NCBI GenBank assembly: GCA_963666215.2
Contig: CAXWPL010000001.1
Location: forward strand, 416,001 to 480,000
DNA length: 64,000 nucleotides
From: Acidobacteriota bacterium
Lineage (GTDB): Bacteria > Acidobacteriota > UBA890 > WLXD01
Direction: 5' to 3'
Shown piece by piece: positions 10,395 to 20,293 of the stretch. Position 1 is the first letter of the stretch, and each line of letters opens with the position of its first letter. Made by a program: the position numbers and the translations under genes. The notes below the pieces were generated by a model. That model searched no databases and was not told the origin of the DNA. It saw only the letters and a list, made by a program, of their open reading frames with translations.

Positions 10395-10830
10395 ATGAGC
10401 ACGAATCGGAGAGGCTTTCTCAAACTCGCCGGCGGCGGCGCTGTAGCTGCCGGCGTCATCGGCTCCGCCTCGCACGTCGTGGCAAACGAGGCCTCCTCGG
10501 CCGCGGGCGACCCGGGATCCGAAATCCTCGAATCGCTGTTCGCAGCGAACGGGTCGGCTGAAGGCGGCACACCCGGCTCGGTCGACCCAGAGGAGCGCCG
10601 CCGGCTCCTCGCCAAGGCCGTCTTCGGCGCCAAGGAGCCGGCCGAAGGCGACGGTGGCATGGTGATCTGCGCCCAACCACTGGGCACCCGCGCCGGTACC
10701 GACATCTTGCGCGCCGGGGGCAACGCCGCCGATGCGGCTCTGGCGACATCGGTCACGCAGTGCGTCGTAGAGCCGCATATGACGGGAATTACCGGCGTCC
10801 TCGGCATGCTCTATTACGACGCCGCCAGCG
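10395..10830 (+). pseudogene. ggt: N-terminal part of a Tat-exported gamma-glutamyltransferase
   Basis: NRRGFLK Tat motif; GMVICAQPL..ILRAGGNAADAALA..VVEPHMTGITG; similarity ends near 10830. Confidence 0.8.
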
Positions 10831-10878
10831 GTAGCGCCGGCTGTTCGAGACCCCGCCGCTCGCCCGAGACGCGGCCCC

Positions 10879-10930
10879 TCAGTCGATGTCGACCAGCACC
10901 TTGCCGAGGGCACCCGACTCGACTCCACGT
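10879..10930 (-). pseudogene. Extreme C-terminus of an MDR/quinone reductase-like gene
   Basis: Manual translation ..VESGALGKVLVDID* (GKV.V terminal motif); very short. Confidence 0.45.
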
Positions 10931-11210
10931 CGAGGTCACCACGGTACGCGAGCAGTTGCGCTGCGTGCAGATCGGCAACGGTCCCGCCCGCCCAGTCGCC
11001 GACACGACGGTCGAGATCGGCTGGCGAGACGCCGGGAGGCGTCAACGCGCTCGCCAGCTCGACGGGCAACAGGGCCACGAGTCCTGGAGGCGCGCCGGCT
11101 ACGAGCTCGACGTTGAACGGCATGCGAAGGCCTCCGCCTCCAGTCCCGCGAACACCGCTCGCGCCGCGAACGGGCCTACTCGCGAGAGTAGCGTCCGCGT
11201 CGACCGCGCA

Positions 11211-13244
11211 CTAGTTTTCGTCGGGGAGGGACAGCGCCACGAGCGAACCGGAGTACCCCCCGCCGCCAACCGGCAAGACGACGTACTGCTTGCCCTGGTG
11301 CATGAAGGTCATCGGCGCAGTGTTCGTCGGCGCGGGGATCTCGACGGTGCCAATCCGCTCGCCAGTGCGCTTGTCGACGGCGTACAGCAAAGGTGCGCCG
11401 CCGCGGCCCTCGGCGTACATCAGCAGCGTCTTGGTCACGACCTTGGTCGCGTGGCTACCGCTCCCGGTGTTGCCAATGTCGATGCCCTGCAGCGCGCGGT
11501 GGTTCTTGATGTTGTCGGGCGTGTCGCCGTTGGGGATCCACCACAGGTGCTCCCCGGTGTTGAGGTCGATCGCCGTGATGCGCCCGTAGGGTGGCTTGTA
11601 GATCGGCAGACCCTGGACGCGAGGCGTGCCGCCGGGGCTGGTGGTGACCCACTTCATCACGGTCTTGCCGATGGGGTTCGGATCAACCGCGTCGGCCTCC
11701 GGGCCGGGGATGAGAACGGGCGCTGAACACCCCTTCGTGGAGGCGACATAGAGAATGTTGGTCTCCGGGTCCACAACCGCGCCGCCGGGGATGTTGGTGC
11801 CGCCGTTCGAGCCGGGGCAGTGGATCGAGGCGCGCAGCCCCAAGTCGTTGTCGCGATGCAGCGGCGGCGTGAACAGCGGGCCGATCTCGAACTCGCCGAT
11901 CATCTCGAGCGCCGCTTGTCGCAGCTCGGGAGTGAAGTCGATCAGATCGTCTTCCGTGAGCCCTTGCATCTCGTACGCTGCGGGCCGAGTTGGAAACGGC
12001 TGCGTGGGCGAGGTCTTCTCGCCCGGGATCTTGCTCTGCGGAACGGCGCGCTCCTCGATCGGCCACACCGGCTCGCCGGTTTCGCGATTCAAGACGTACG
12101 CGAAGCTCTGCTTGGTGGTCTGCACAATGGCCGGAACGCGGCGACCGTTGACCGTGAGGTCGACCAGGTTCGGTGCGGTGGGGTTGTCGTAGTTCCAGAT
12201 GTCGTGGTGCACCGTCTGGAAATGCCAGCGGCGCTCGCCGGTGGCGACGTCGACGGCAACGATCGTCGTGGCGAACAGGTTCTGGCCGTGGTGGAACCCA
12301 CCCCAGAAGTCGTTCGTCGGCGGATCGGTGGCGAAATAGACCAGGCCGAGCTCCGGATCGGCCGACATCGGCGCCCAGGCCGAGACGTTGCCGGTGTACG
12401 ACCAGGCGTCGCTCTCCCACGTGTCGTGACCGAACTCTCCGGGCTGCGGAATGACGTTGAACTTCCACAGGTGCTCGCCGGTGCGCGCATCGTAGGCAAG
12501 CACGTTTCCGGGAACGTTCTCGCGACGCGTCTGGTGGTAGCCCTGCTCGTGTGAGTTGCCCACAACCACCACGCCGTTGACGACAATCGGCGCCGACGAC
12601 GCGGTGATGTAGCCCACGTCGAGGGGCAAACCCGCGTCTTCGTCGTACTCGTAGTCGCCCAGATCCTCGAGCAGGTCCACGCTGCCCTCGCTGCCGAACG
12701 ATTCGATAGGACGACCGGTGTTGGCATCGAGCGCGTGGAGTCGGAACGCCGGCGACACCATGTAGACCACGCCGCGACGATCGACCTCGGAGTACGCAAC
12801 CCCCTTGCCGTAGTTCTTCCGCATCGAGTTTTCCCAGCGCTTGCTGGTGGGCTCGCGGAATATCCACAGCGTTTCGCCGGTGGCCGGATCGATGGCCATC
12901 ACCGTGCGTCGCTGCCCGGCCACGCTGTAGAGCGTGCCGTTCACATAGATCGGCGTAGAGCGCAGGATGTTGTCGACGAACGGACCGTAGTTGTCACCCT
13001 TCCATACCCACGCTACCTCGAGATCCTCGAAGTTCTCGGCGTTGATCTGGTCGAGCGGCGAGTAGCGAGTGCTGCGCGTGTCGCCGCCCCAGAAGCGCCA
13101 CTCACCGTTCTCGGTGCCAATGCCCAACTGCTGCGCGGCGGCGGGAGGTTGCGTGGTCGCGAAGATCGCGCCTACCGCGGCAAGAGCAGCGAGACCAACC
13201 AGCAGGCTAGCGCGACGAAACGGTCCTCTTCCGGCAAAGCTCAC
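11211..13244 (-). CDS. PQQ-dependent dehydrogenase (quinoprotein glucose dehydrogenase-like)
   Basis: RYSPLDQINAEN, WHFQTVHHDIWNYD, KPPYGRITAIDL; signal peptide; GTG start with GGAG inferred. Confidence 0.88.
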   Translation of the reverse strand: MSFAGRGPFRRASLLVGLAALAAVGAIFATTQPPAAAQQLGIGTENGEWRFWGGDTRSTRYSPLDQINAENFEDLEVAWVWKGDNYGPFVDNILRSTPIYVNGTLYSVAGQRRTVMAIDPATGETLWIFREPTSKRWENSMRKNYGKGVAYSEVDRRGVVYMVSPAFRLHALDANTGRPIESFGSEGSVDLLEDLGDYEYDEDAGLPLDVGYITASSAPIVVNGVVVVGNSHEQGYHQTRRENVPGNVLAYDARTGEHLWKFNVIPQPGEFGHDTWESDAWSYTGNVSAWAPMSADPELGLVYFATDPPTNDFWGGFHHGQNLFATTIVAVDVATGERRWHFQTVHHDIWNYDNPTAPNLVDLTVNGRRVPAIVQTTKQSFAYVLNRETGEPVWPIEERAVPQSKIPGEKTSPTQPFPTRPAAYEMQGLTEDDLIDFTPELRQAALEMIGEFEIGPLFTPPLHRDNDLGLRASIHCPGSNGGTNIPGGAVVDPETNILYVASTKGCSAPVLIPGPEADAVDPNPIGKTVMKWVTTSPGGTPRVQGLPIYKPPYGRITAIDLNTGEHLWWIPNGDTPDNIKNHRALQGIDIGNTGSGSHATKVVTKTLLMYAEGRGGAPLLYAVDKRTGERIGTVEIPAPTNTAPMTFMHQGKQYVVLPVGGGGYSGSLVALSLPDEN

Positions 13245-13387
13245 GGCATCACTCCATGCATGGTTTTTCCCGGGTATTCGCGCCCGGATGATACACATAC
13301 GTGGCTCGAGTCAAAACGGCGAGCACCGTAAGTCTTGCGGCCTCACCCGGGTGGCCTATGACATAGCGCGAGAGCGCTGGGCTCCTG

Positions 13388-14569
13388 CTACTGTTCGCTC
13401 GTGGGCCACGGCGCGCCCTGGTCCATCTTCGTTACCGGTCCGAGCCCCTTGTAGACGAAGCGCTGCACTCGTTTCCCCTCGTAGGTCTCGGTGGTGAAGA
13501 TGTTGCCCTTCGAGTCGGTGGCAATGCTGTGGACTGCGAAAAACTGGCCCGGCTGGCGGCCGCCATCGCCGAAGGTGGTAAGGATCTCCAGCGACTCGCG
13601 GTCCATCACGTAGACGCGCTCGTTCTTCCCATCGGCGACGTACATGAAGCGCTGCTCGGGGTCGCGTGAAAAGGCGATGTCCCAAATCGACCCGTCGCCA
13701 AGCGTAAGTGGGGCGACGATCTTTTCGGTGACGAACGTACCGTCGCTACGGAACACCTGAATGCGATCGTTCGGGCGATCGCAAACGTAAACGAACCCAT
13801 CGTCCGACGGCTCAGCACAATGCACCGGCGTGCGGAACTGCTGGGCCAACGCGGCGGCAGGATCGTAGGGTCCGAGGTCGGTGTCGTCGGGACGGTTTCC
13901 GTACGCGCCCCAGTAGCGCTTGAACTCCCCCGTGCTGGCGTCGATCACCGCCACCCGCGCGTTGCCGTAGCCGTCTGCCACGTAGGCCTCGCGACCGGTG
14001 GAATCGAACGAGATCTTGGCGACGCGGCCGAACCGCTCGGTGCTGTTGCTGTCGACTTCCTCTATTCCAGGTATGCCGACCTGCATCAGAAAGCGGCCGT
14101 CGCGGGTGAACTTCAGCACGTGCGAGTCACCCCGGCGCCAGCCACCGATCCAGACGTTGTCGTTCGGGTCGATGGTGATCCCGTGATTACCGAGGGGCCA
14201 CGTGTAGCCCTCGCCGGGGCCGCCCCAACTGCCCACCAGGTTGCCTTCGGGGTCGAACTCGAGAATGGGTGGTGCCGGGACGCAGCACCCGCCCGTCGGG
14301 GGACCCTCGGTCGCAGCGATCTCGGTACTCTCGTTTAAGGTGTCCTGCCGATGGATGATGAAGACGTGATCGCGTGAGTCGACGCCAACGCCGATCGACG
14401 AGCCGATGACCCAGTGGTTGGGCAGAGGCTTGGGCCAAAACGGATCGACCTCGAACATCGGTGCCTCCACCGTTTGGGCCAGCGCGCGGCGCTCGAGAAC
14501 GTTGGCTCCAACCGACAGCCCGCCGATTGTCAGCAGCAGAATCAAACCCATCACCAACCTGCGCGTCAT
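13388..14569 (-). CDS. Secreted NHL-repeat (PAL-like) beta-propeller protein
   Basis: FEVDPFWPKPLP, YVADGYGNARV, YVCDRPNDRIQVF; signal peptide. Confidence 0.85.
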   Translation of the reverse strand: MTRRLVMGLILLLTIGGLSVGANVLERRALAQTVEAPMFEVDPFWPKPLPNHWVIGSSIGVGVDSRDHVFIIHRQDTLNESTEIAATEGPPTGGCCVPAPPILEFDPEGNLVGSWGGPGEGYTWPLGNHGITIDPNDNVWIGGWRRGDSHVLKFTRDGRFLMQVGIPGIEEVDSNSTERFGRVAKISFDSTGREAYVADGYGNARVAVIDASTGEFKRYWGAYGNRPDDTDLGPYDPAAALAQQFRTPVHCAEPSDDGFVYVCDRPNDRIQVFRSDGTFVTEKIVAPLTLGDGSIWDIAFSRDPEQRFMYVADGKNERVYVMDRESLEILTTFGDGGRQPGQFFAVHSIATDSKGNIFTTETYEGKRVQRFVYKGLGPVTKMDQGAPWPTSEQ

Positions 14570-14766
14570 TCGCTCCCTCCTTCGATGCCAGCCGCTCGAT
14601 GTCGTCAAGATTTGTCGACCACCGCGACCGTGGGCCGAGGCGCGCGGAGTATACGCCGACGAACGATCGATTCCCACGACGGAGCCCTCTTGGGCCGGCC
14701 TGTTCGACAGGTCACTGTTTGCATAAGCTGGCGGCTCCTTCGCCTCCCGCCGGGATTCACCGAGCC

Positions 14767-16128
14767 ATGACGAACCGACGACGACGAGCGCTCCCTGCCG
14801 CTTTGACGTTCGCGCTTGCCGCGCCGTTGATGGCCAACGCCCATGAGGTGCCGTCGGATGTAACCGTGCAGATGTTCGTTCGCCCGGCCGGCGACCGGCT
14901 CGAGCTCCTGGTGCGCGTGCCCCTCGAGGCCATGCGCGACCTCGACCTGCCGCTCCGGGGCCCCGGCTACCTCGACCTCGCCAATGTCGAGCGCCTCGAG
15001 CCGGCTCTGCGCTACGCGGCGATGGTGTGGATCGCCGACGGGGTCGAAGTCTTTGAGCAAGATCGTCAGCTGCAAACATGGGAGCTCGTCTCGGCGCGAC
15101 TCTCGCTGCCCTCCGACCGGTCGTTTGCCGACTACAGCACGGCGGCCGCGCACGCTCGCGGTGAACAGACTCCGGAGATCAACACCGACCTCGTCTGGCA
15201 GCAGGCGCTTCTCGACGTTGTGCTGGAGTACCCGATCGAATCAGAGCGCTCGGAGTTCTCGATCGAGCCGGCGCTCGCCCACCTCGGGGTGAGAACGAGC
15301 ACCGTGCTGCGGTTCATCACACCCGATGGAGCCGACCGCGCCTTCCAGTACCTGGGCGATCCGGGCCTCGTCCGGCTCGATCCTCGCTGGCACCAGGCAG
15401 CCCTACGATTCGTGGCGCTCGGCTTCAACCACATCCTCGATGGCATCGACCATCTCTTATTCTTGCTCTGTCTGATCATTCCGATCCGACGGTTCCGGCC
15501 GCTTGTCGCAATCGTGACGTCGTTCACCGTGGCGCACTCGATCACGCTCGTAGCATCGGCCGTTGGCCTGGCCCCAGGCGCACTCTGGTTCCCGCCGCTC
15601 ATCGAAACTCTGATTGCCGCGTCGATCGTCTACATGGCAATCGAGAACATTGTCGACGTTGATGGCAAGGGGCTGCGACGCCGCTGGATGATCGCCTTCG
15701 CTTTCGGCCTGGTGCACGGCTTTGGCTTCTCGTTCGCGCTGCGCGAGACGCTGCAATTCGCCGGCTCGCACCTGTTGACGTCGCTGCTGGCGTTCAACGT
15801 GGGCGTCGAGCTCGGTCAGCTCGTGGTGCTGGCGGTCACGGTGCCGGCGCTCGGCCTTCTGTTCGCCCGTATGACCACCGCCAAGGGCAAAGTTGTCGCC
15901 TGGGTTCTCTCCGCGATCCTTGCCCACGAGGCATGGCACTGGATGACGTCCCGCGGCTCGGAGCTCAGCCAATACAGCTTCGAATGGCCCACCCTGGACC
16001 CGTTTCTACTGCCCACGCTGATGCGCTGGGCGACGCTGGCGTTCATCCTCGCCGCCGCCGTCTGGCTCCTGCGCGAGCTGTTCGGCCGCGCTCATGAGCT
16101 CGGTCCCGAGTCGGGCTCGTCGGGCTAG
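14767..16128 (+). CDS. HupE/UreJ-family membrane protein
   Basis: HILDGIDHLLF, FTVAHSITL, FGLVHGFGF, FNVGVELGQ. Confidence 0.88.
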   Translation: MTNRRRRALPAALTFALAAPLMANAHEVPSDVTVQMFVRPAGDRLELLVRVPLEAMRDLDLPLRGPGYLDLANVERLEPALRYAAMVWIADGVEVFEQDRQLQTWELVSARLSLPSDRSFADYSTAAAHARGEQTPEINTDLVWQQALLDVVLEYPIESERSEFSIEPALAHLGVRTSTVLRFITPDGADRAFQYLGDPGLVRLDPRWHQAALRFVALGFNHILDGIDHLLFLLCLIIPIRRFRPLVAIVTSFTVAHSITLVASAVGLAPGALWFPPLIETLIAASIVYMAIENIVDVDGKGLRRRWMIAFAFGLVHGFGFSFALRETLQFAGSHLLTSLLAFNVGVELGQLVVLAVTVPALGLLFARMTTAKGKVVAWVLSAILAHEAWHWMTSRGSELSQYSFEWPTLDPFLLPTLMRWATLAFILAAAVWLLRELFGRAHELGPESGSSG

Positions 16129-16212
16129 CTTGGCTGCCAATGAGCTGGGCCGGTGGGGCGATCCGACCCCATTCGAGCCAGTCGACCTAGCCGGGCTACC
16201 AGGCCCACTGGG

Positions 16213-18861
16213 TTAGCCTCGCAAAGCGTCCGCCGGGTCGACCCGCGCGGCACGCCGCGCCGGCACGTAGGAAGCGAGTACCGCTACGGCGCCGAGCGTC
16301 GCGGCGGTAGCGGCATAGCTCGCCGGATCGAGCGGACTGACGGCGAATAGCATGCTTTCCACGAATCGGCCGAGCAACACGCCAGCGAGCAATCCGGCGC
16401 TTCCGCCGATGAGAGCCAGGCGAAGGCCGCTCGCAACCACGGACCTGACGATTCGGCCCTCGCTCTCGCCGAGCGCTTTGCGCACACCGATCTCGCGCGT
16501 TCTGCTGCGGACCGCGAAGGAGATCACCGCGAATACGCCAACGGCCGACAAGCCAAGCGCCAGCAAGCTGAACATGAGCAGCAGGCGGGAGTTGAAACGT
16601 GGTGCCGAAACAGTGCGAGCGAAGTAGCTATCGAGCGTGTTGACGCTCACCGTGGGCAGTTGCGGATCCACGTCGTGAACAATGTTCTGGAGCGCGGGTG
16701 CCAAGCTGTCGAACGACTCGGAGCTGCGCGCGATGAACGTCATCGAACGACCGAACCAGCCCCAGCCCTCGTTCGCTTGCAGAGACGACTGGTACATCTC
16801 AGGCTCCGGCTCAGACGCCGGGCCGAAGTGATGCACGTCGGCCACCACGCCCACGATCTCCGACCAGATCGGCTGCTCCTCGTCGTCCTTCTCGAAGGAT
16901 ATGCGCGCCCCAACAGCCTCGCGGTCGGGCCAGTACCGACGAGCCGCTGCTTCATTGACGACGAGCACGGGAACGCCGCGGCGACCCTCGCTTCGATCGA
17001 AGCCGCGCCCTCGAACCAGCGGGATCTCGAGCACGTCGAAGTACGACGGAGTCACCACGCGGTAGTGCGCGGCGGGACCACCGGCTCCGGCCTCGGGACC
17101 GCCCTCGATGGCGAACCCGGAGCGCATCGTGCTGCCCGACAGCGGCAGGTGTGACGTCCCGGCCGCCACCTCAACGCCTGGGAGGGCGGCGATTCGATCG
17201 AGTATCTCGTGCAGCGTCGTCGACGTGGACGTTGCGTCGGGAAAACGGTTGTCGGGCAGAGCAACGGTAACCGTCGCCGTGCCGCTGGTCCGCACCCCGA
17301 GATCGACGGCCGACAACGACGCTAGCGAACGCAGGAAAAGGCTGGCCCCGAGCATCAGAACCACCGCGAGCACGAACTCCGTGGCAACGAGTACGGCGCT
17401 GAAGCCACTGCGCCCGAAAGTTGCCACCGTGCGGGTGCCGGCGAGCTCCGCGATGCGAACAGACGCCGACGCCTGCAGCGTTGGCGCCAGTCCGGCGAGT
17501 AGCACGGAGCCAATACCCGTCGCGCACGCGAACGCCAGCACGCTGCCGTCGATGGTGATCTCGCCCGTTCGGGGCAACGAGGTTGGCAGAAAGCCACGCA
17601 GCAGATCGAGACCGGCGTAGGCGCAGCCGACACCAACGGCGGTGCCGAGCAATGCGACGAGCCCCGACTCCGTCAGGAGCTTGCGAACGATGCGACCGTA
17701 GCTCGCTCCCATGGCAGCGTGCATCGCCAGCTCGCCGCGGCGACTCGCGCTGCGTGCCAGCGTCAAGTTGGCGACGTTGGCGCAGGCAATCAGCAGCACC
17801 AGCCCTACCGCGCCGAACAGCATCAGCAAGGGCTGCGCGGCGCTGCCGACGACGAACTCCTTGAGGCCCTGTACGGCTACGCCGTAGCCCTCGTTGCTCG
17901 TCGGATACTCAATCTCGAGGCGCTCAGCGATGCCGGCCAGCTCGGCCTGGGCGGTGGCGAGCTCGATCCCCGTCGCCAAGCGACCGATCGCAAGAACGTT
18001 GTGTCGACCGCGGTACTCGAGCCAGCCGTCCGCCTCGAGCCGTATGGCTCTCCAGATCCGCCGTGCGAAGCCGACCCGGTCGAGCTCTGGGGGCATGACA
18101 CCGACCACGGTGTAGACGCCCTCCTCGAGAGTGATCGCGCGGCCGATCACGTTGGTGTCGGCGGCGTACATGTTTTGCCACAGCCCGTGCGACAGCCAGG
18201 CCGTACGCTCGGCGCCGTCCTGCTCGTCTGCCGAGGTCACGTCTCTACCGAGCGCTGGCTCCAGGCCCATGACGTCGAGAAAATTGGCCGATACTTCGCC
18301 ACCGTTGAGCGAAACTGGAATTTCAGGATCGAGCAGCGTGGGCTCCCAGAAGGAGACGATGGCGAGCTCCGAGAAGGCCTCGGTGCTATCTCGCCAGTCG
18401 GCGTAGTTCGCAGCCGCGGCGACGGTGCGGCTGCCGCTCGGCGAGACTTCCCAGACCATCGCCAGACGATCGGGCTCGGGAACCGGCAGCCCCTTCAAGA
18501 CGACGCCGTTCACGAGCGTGAACATGGCCGTGTTGACACCGATCCCGAGCGCCAACGTCACGACGGCCGCTGCCGCGTACCCGGGGTTGTGACGCAGGCC
18601 GCGCAGACCGTAGCGGATGTCGTGAACGAGTGACTCGAACCTGCTACCACGTCGGTGGTCTTCGCCGTGACGCCGGCGCCACGGCCTCCACATCAGCAGC
18701 AACACCACCTCAATCCAGTAGCGTCCCGCGGCGACGAGGGCACCGTGGCGCGCCAGCACGCGGCTGTGGAGCTCGTGCAGGTCCGCCTCGACGTCTCGGT
18801 GGCGCGCCGGCGGCATCACCGACCTGAGAAGGCGGTCGGCCAGCGCCGGCGGTCGCCTCAT
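16213..18861 (-). CDS. ADOP-type duplicated ABC permease (MacB_PCD/FtsX x2)
   Basis: DIRYGLRGLRHNPG, LALGIGVNTAMF, LLIACANVANL, RTREIGVRKALG; overlaps padR stop. Confidence 0.92.
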   Translation of the reverse strand: MRRPPALADRLLRSVMPPARHRDVEADLHELHSRVLARHGALVAAGRYWIEVVLLLMWRPWRRRHGEDHRRGSRFESLVHDIRYGLRGLRHNPGYAAAAVVTLALGIGVNTAMFTLVNGVVLKGLPVPEPDRLAMVWEVSPSGSRTVAAAANYADWRDSTEAFSELAIVSFWEPTLLDPEIPVSLNGGEVSANFLDVMGLEPALGRDVTSADEQDGAERTAWLSHGLWQNMYAADTNVIGRAITLEEGVYTVVGVMPPELDRVGFARRIWRAIRLEADGWLEYRGRHNVLAIGRLATGIELATAQAELAGIAERLEIEYPTSNEGYGVAVQGLKEFVVGSAAQPLLMLFGAVGLVLLIACANVANLTLARSASRRGELAMHAAMGASYGRIVRKLLTESGLVALLGTAVGVGCAYAGLDLLRGFLPTSLPRTGEITIDGSVLAFACATGIGSVLLAGLAPTLQASASVRIAELAGTRTVATFGRSGFSAVLVATEFVLAVVLMLGASLFLRSLASLSAVDLGVRTSGTATVTVALPDNRFPDATSTSTTLHEILDRIAALPGVEVAAGTSHLPLSGSTMRSGFAIEGGPEAGAGGPAAHYRVVTPSYFDVLEIPLVRGRGFDRSEGRRGVPVLVVNEAAARRYWPDREAVGARISFEKDDEEQPIWSEIVGVVADVHHFGPASEPEPEMYQSSLQANEGWGWFGRSMTFIARSSESFDSLAPALQNIVHDVDPQLPTVSVNTLDSYFARTVSAPRFNSRLLLMFSLLALGLSAVGVFAVISFAVRSRTREIGVRKALGESEGRIVRSVVASGLRLALIGGSAGLLAGVLLGRFVESMLFAVSPLDPASYAATAATLGAVAVLASYVPARRAARVDPADALRG

Positions 18862-19199
18862 GAGCCAGACCCAGGACGCTCGGACACCGCTTCGACACCC
18901 CGCCACATGCGCTCGCGCACTTGCCGGATGCCAGACAGAGCCAAGCTGCCGATGTCGGTGAGGGAGTAGCACCGTTTCGCGCGTCCACCACGCGCCGCCG
19001 TCGGCTCGAGAAGCCACGACTCCACGCAACGCTTGCGCTCCAGTCGATCGAGCGCGGCGTAGATCGCGCCGAGCGACGCCCCGCGTCCGGCCTGCTTGGC
19101 GAGCGTCTCCTGGATGTTCACCGTGTGCGCCTCCTCACCGAGCTGCGCCACCGCCAGCATCACGACCTCTTCGAACTCACCGATCTTGCTGCCCTTCAT
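18858..19199 (-). CDS. PadR-family regulator (acidobacterial type)
   Basis: IGEFEEVVMLAV, GAIYAALDRLERK, RGGRAKR. Confidence 0.9.
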   Translation of the reverse strand: MKGSKIGEFEEVVMLAVAQLGEEAHTVNIQETLAKQAGRGASLGAIYAALDRLERKRCVESWLLEPTAARGGRAKRCYSLTDIGSLALSGIRQVRERMWRGVEAVSERPGSGS

Positions 19200-19539
19200 C
19201 AAGCCCCCCTCGCGCGGACGGCGCGATCCTCGCAGGCCGCACAGTCCATTCGATCGCTGAAGCGTTCCCTCTTGAGACGGCGCGCTGATCCACATGGTTT
19301 ATTTCTTGCATTCGCGAATATAGTAATTTCCGATGGCCCGTGTACGCAAAGCACGCTGGGTAAGCAAGGCTCGCAGGGCGCGATCTCAGGCCGCCGAAGC
19401 GATCGGCCCTCCACCCCTGGGTAGGCGCGCCGGGGCTCTTCGGTGGACCGTTCCGCGCATGCTACGTTTGCCACCTCCTTGCTTCATCGCCGCTTGGCGT
19501 CCAGCCGCACCCTGCCCTAGCCGCGACAAAAGACCAGAC

Positions 19540-19983
19540 ATGCCAATCAACCTGCAGAGCGTGATGATTCTCCTCGCGCTGCAGCTTCTGGTATTCGGGT
19601 GGCGGATCGCGCGCGAAGTCAACGGCCAGGAACCACACTCGTTCCCCTGGGTTCCGGTTCCCGACAACGTCAACGTGGCTTCGATGCTGGCCGTGCTCTA
19701 CGCCTGCGTCCTGGTACCCGTCAGAACCCTTTCCCCCATCGGCGAGTCATTTGTCCTCGCTCCCATCGGTCGAGCCGTGTTCGCCGCCGCGGCGCTGCTG
19801 ATTGTGGCGTACCCGTTGGTGGTTGCCGCGCACTACGGGCTCTGGAGTGGCACCGGTGGCGGAAGTGACGTCGCCGAGAAGACGGAACGACGCTACTGCA
19901 GCCGCGCTGAGGGCCTCGTGCAGCTGATCGCACTGCTAGCGACCGGGGCGGTCTTCTTCCAGGTACTGCAGAGCGGCTCCTAG
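19540..19983 (+). CDS. Hypothetical membrane protein (about 4 TM)
   Basis: Hydrophobic helices; FGWRIAREV and LVVAAHYGL. Confidence 0.6.
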   Translation: MPINLQSVMILLALQLLVFGWRIAREVNGQEPHSFPWVPVPDNVNVASMLAVLYACVLVPVRTLSPIGESFVLAPIGRAVFAAAALLIVAYPLVVAAHYGLWSGTGGGSDVAEKTERRYCSRAEGLVQLIALLATGAVFFQVLQSGS

Positions 19984-20195
19984 TCGACGCGTAACGCGCG
20001 TGACGGTTCCAGGCGCGCGTTGCGTAAAGCCGGCAGCGCGCAAGCGGCTGTGCCCACAACGACCAGCACGAGAATTGAGGCGACGAAGGGAACCACGTCG
20101 AAGGCCGGAGTGCCGAACCCGGCAGCGAACATCCGGCCGAGGCCTACACCGGCGATGGAGCCCGTCGCTATCCCGACGACGACGAGCCGGAAGCG
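19980..20195 (-). pseudogene. C-terminal remnant of an FtsX/ADOP permease
   Basis: Manual translation ..LVVVGIATGSIAGVGLGRMF...AACALPALRNARLEPSRALRVD*. Confidence 0.7.
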
Positions 20196-20196
20196 C

Positions 20197-20278
20197 CGCC
20201 AACCCGATCTCCCAGCGCCTGGCCTCTCGACTCGGCTACCGCCCCGATCGCCTCATCGACATTCTGTACTTGTCGTAG
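20197..20278 (+). pseudogene. C-terminal remnant of a GNAT-like acetyltransferase
   Basis: ANPISQRLASRLGY resembles the N..S..LA..LG[FY] motif; short. Confidence 0.45.
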
Positions 20279-20293
20279 CGAACGGCGACTTCG

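Noticed and set aside
10395-11726. 443-aa ORF as a full-length GGT
   Set aside because: Similarity stops near 10830; the rest runs through remnants and antisense to the PQQ gene
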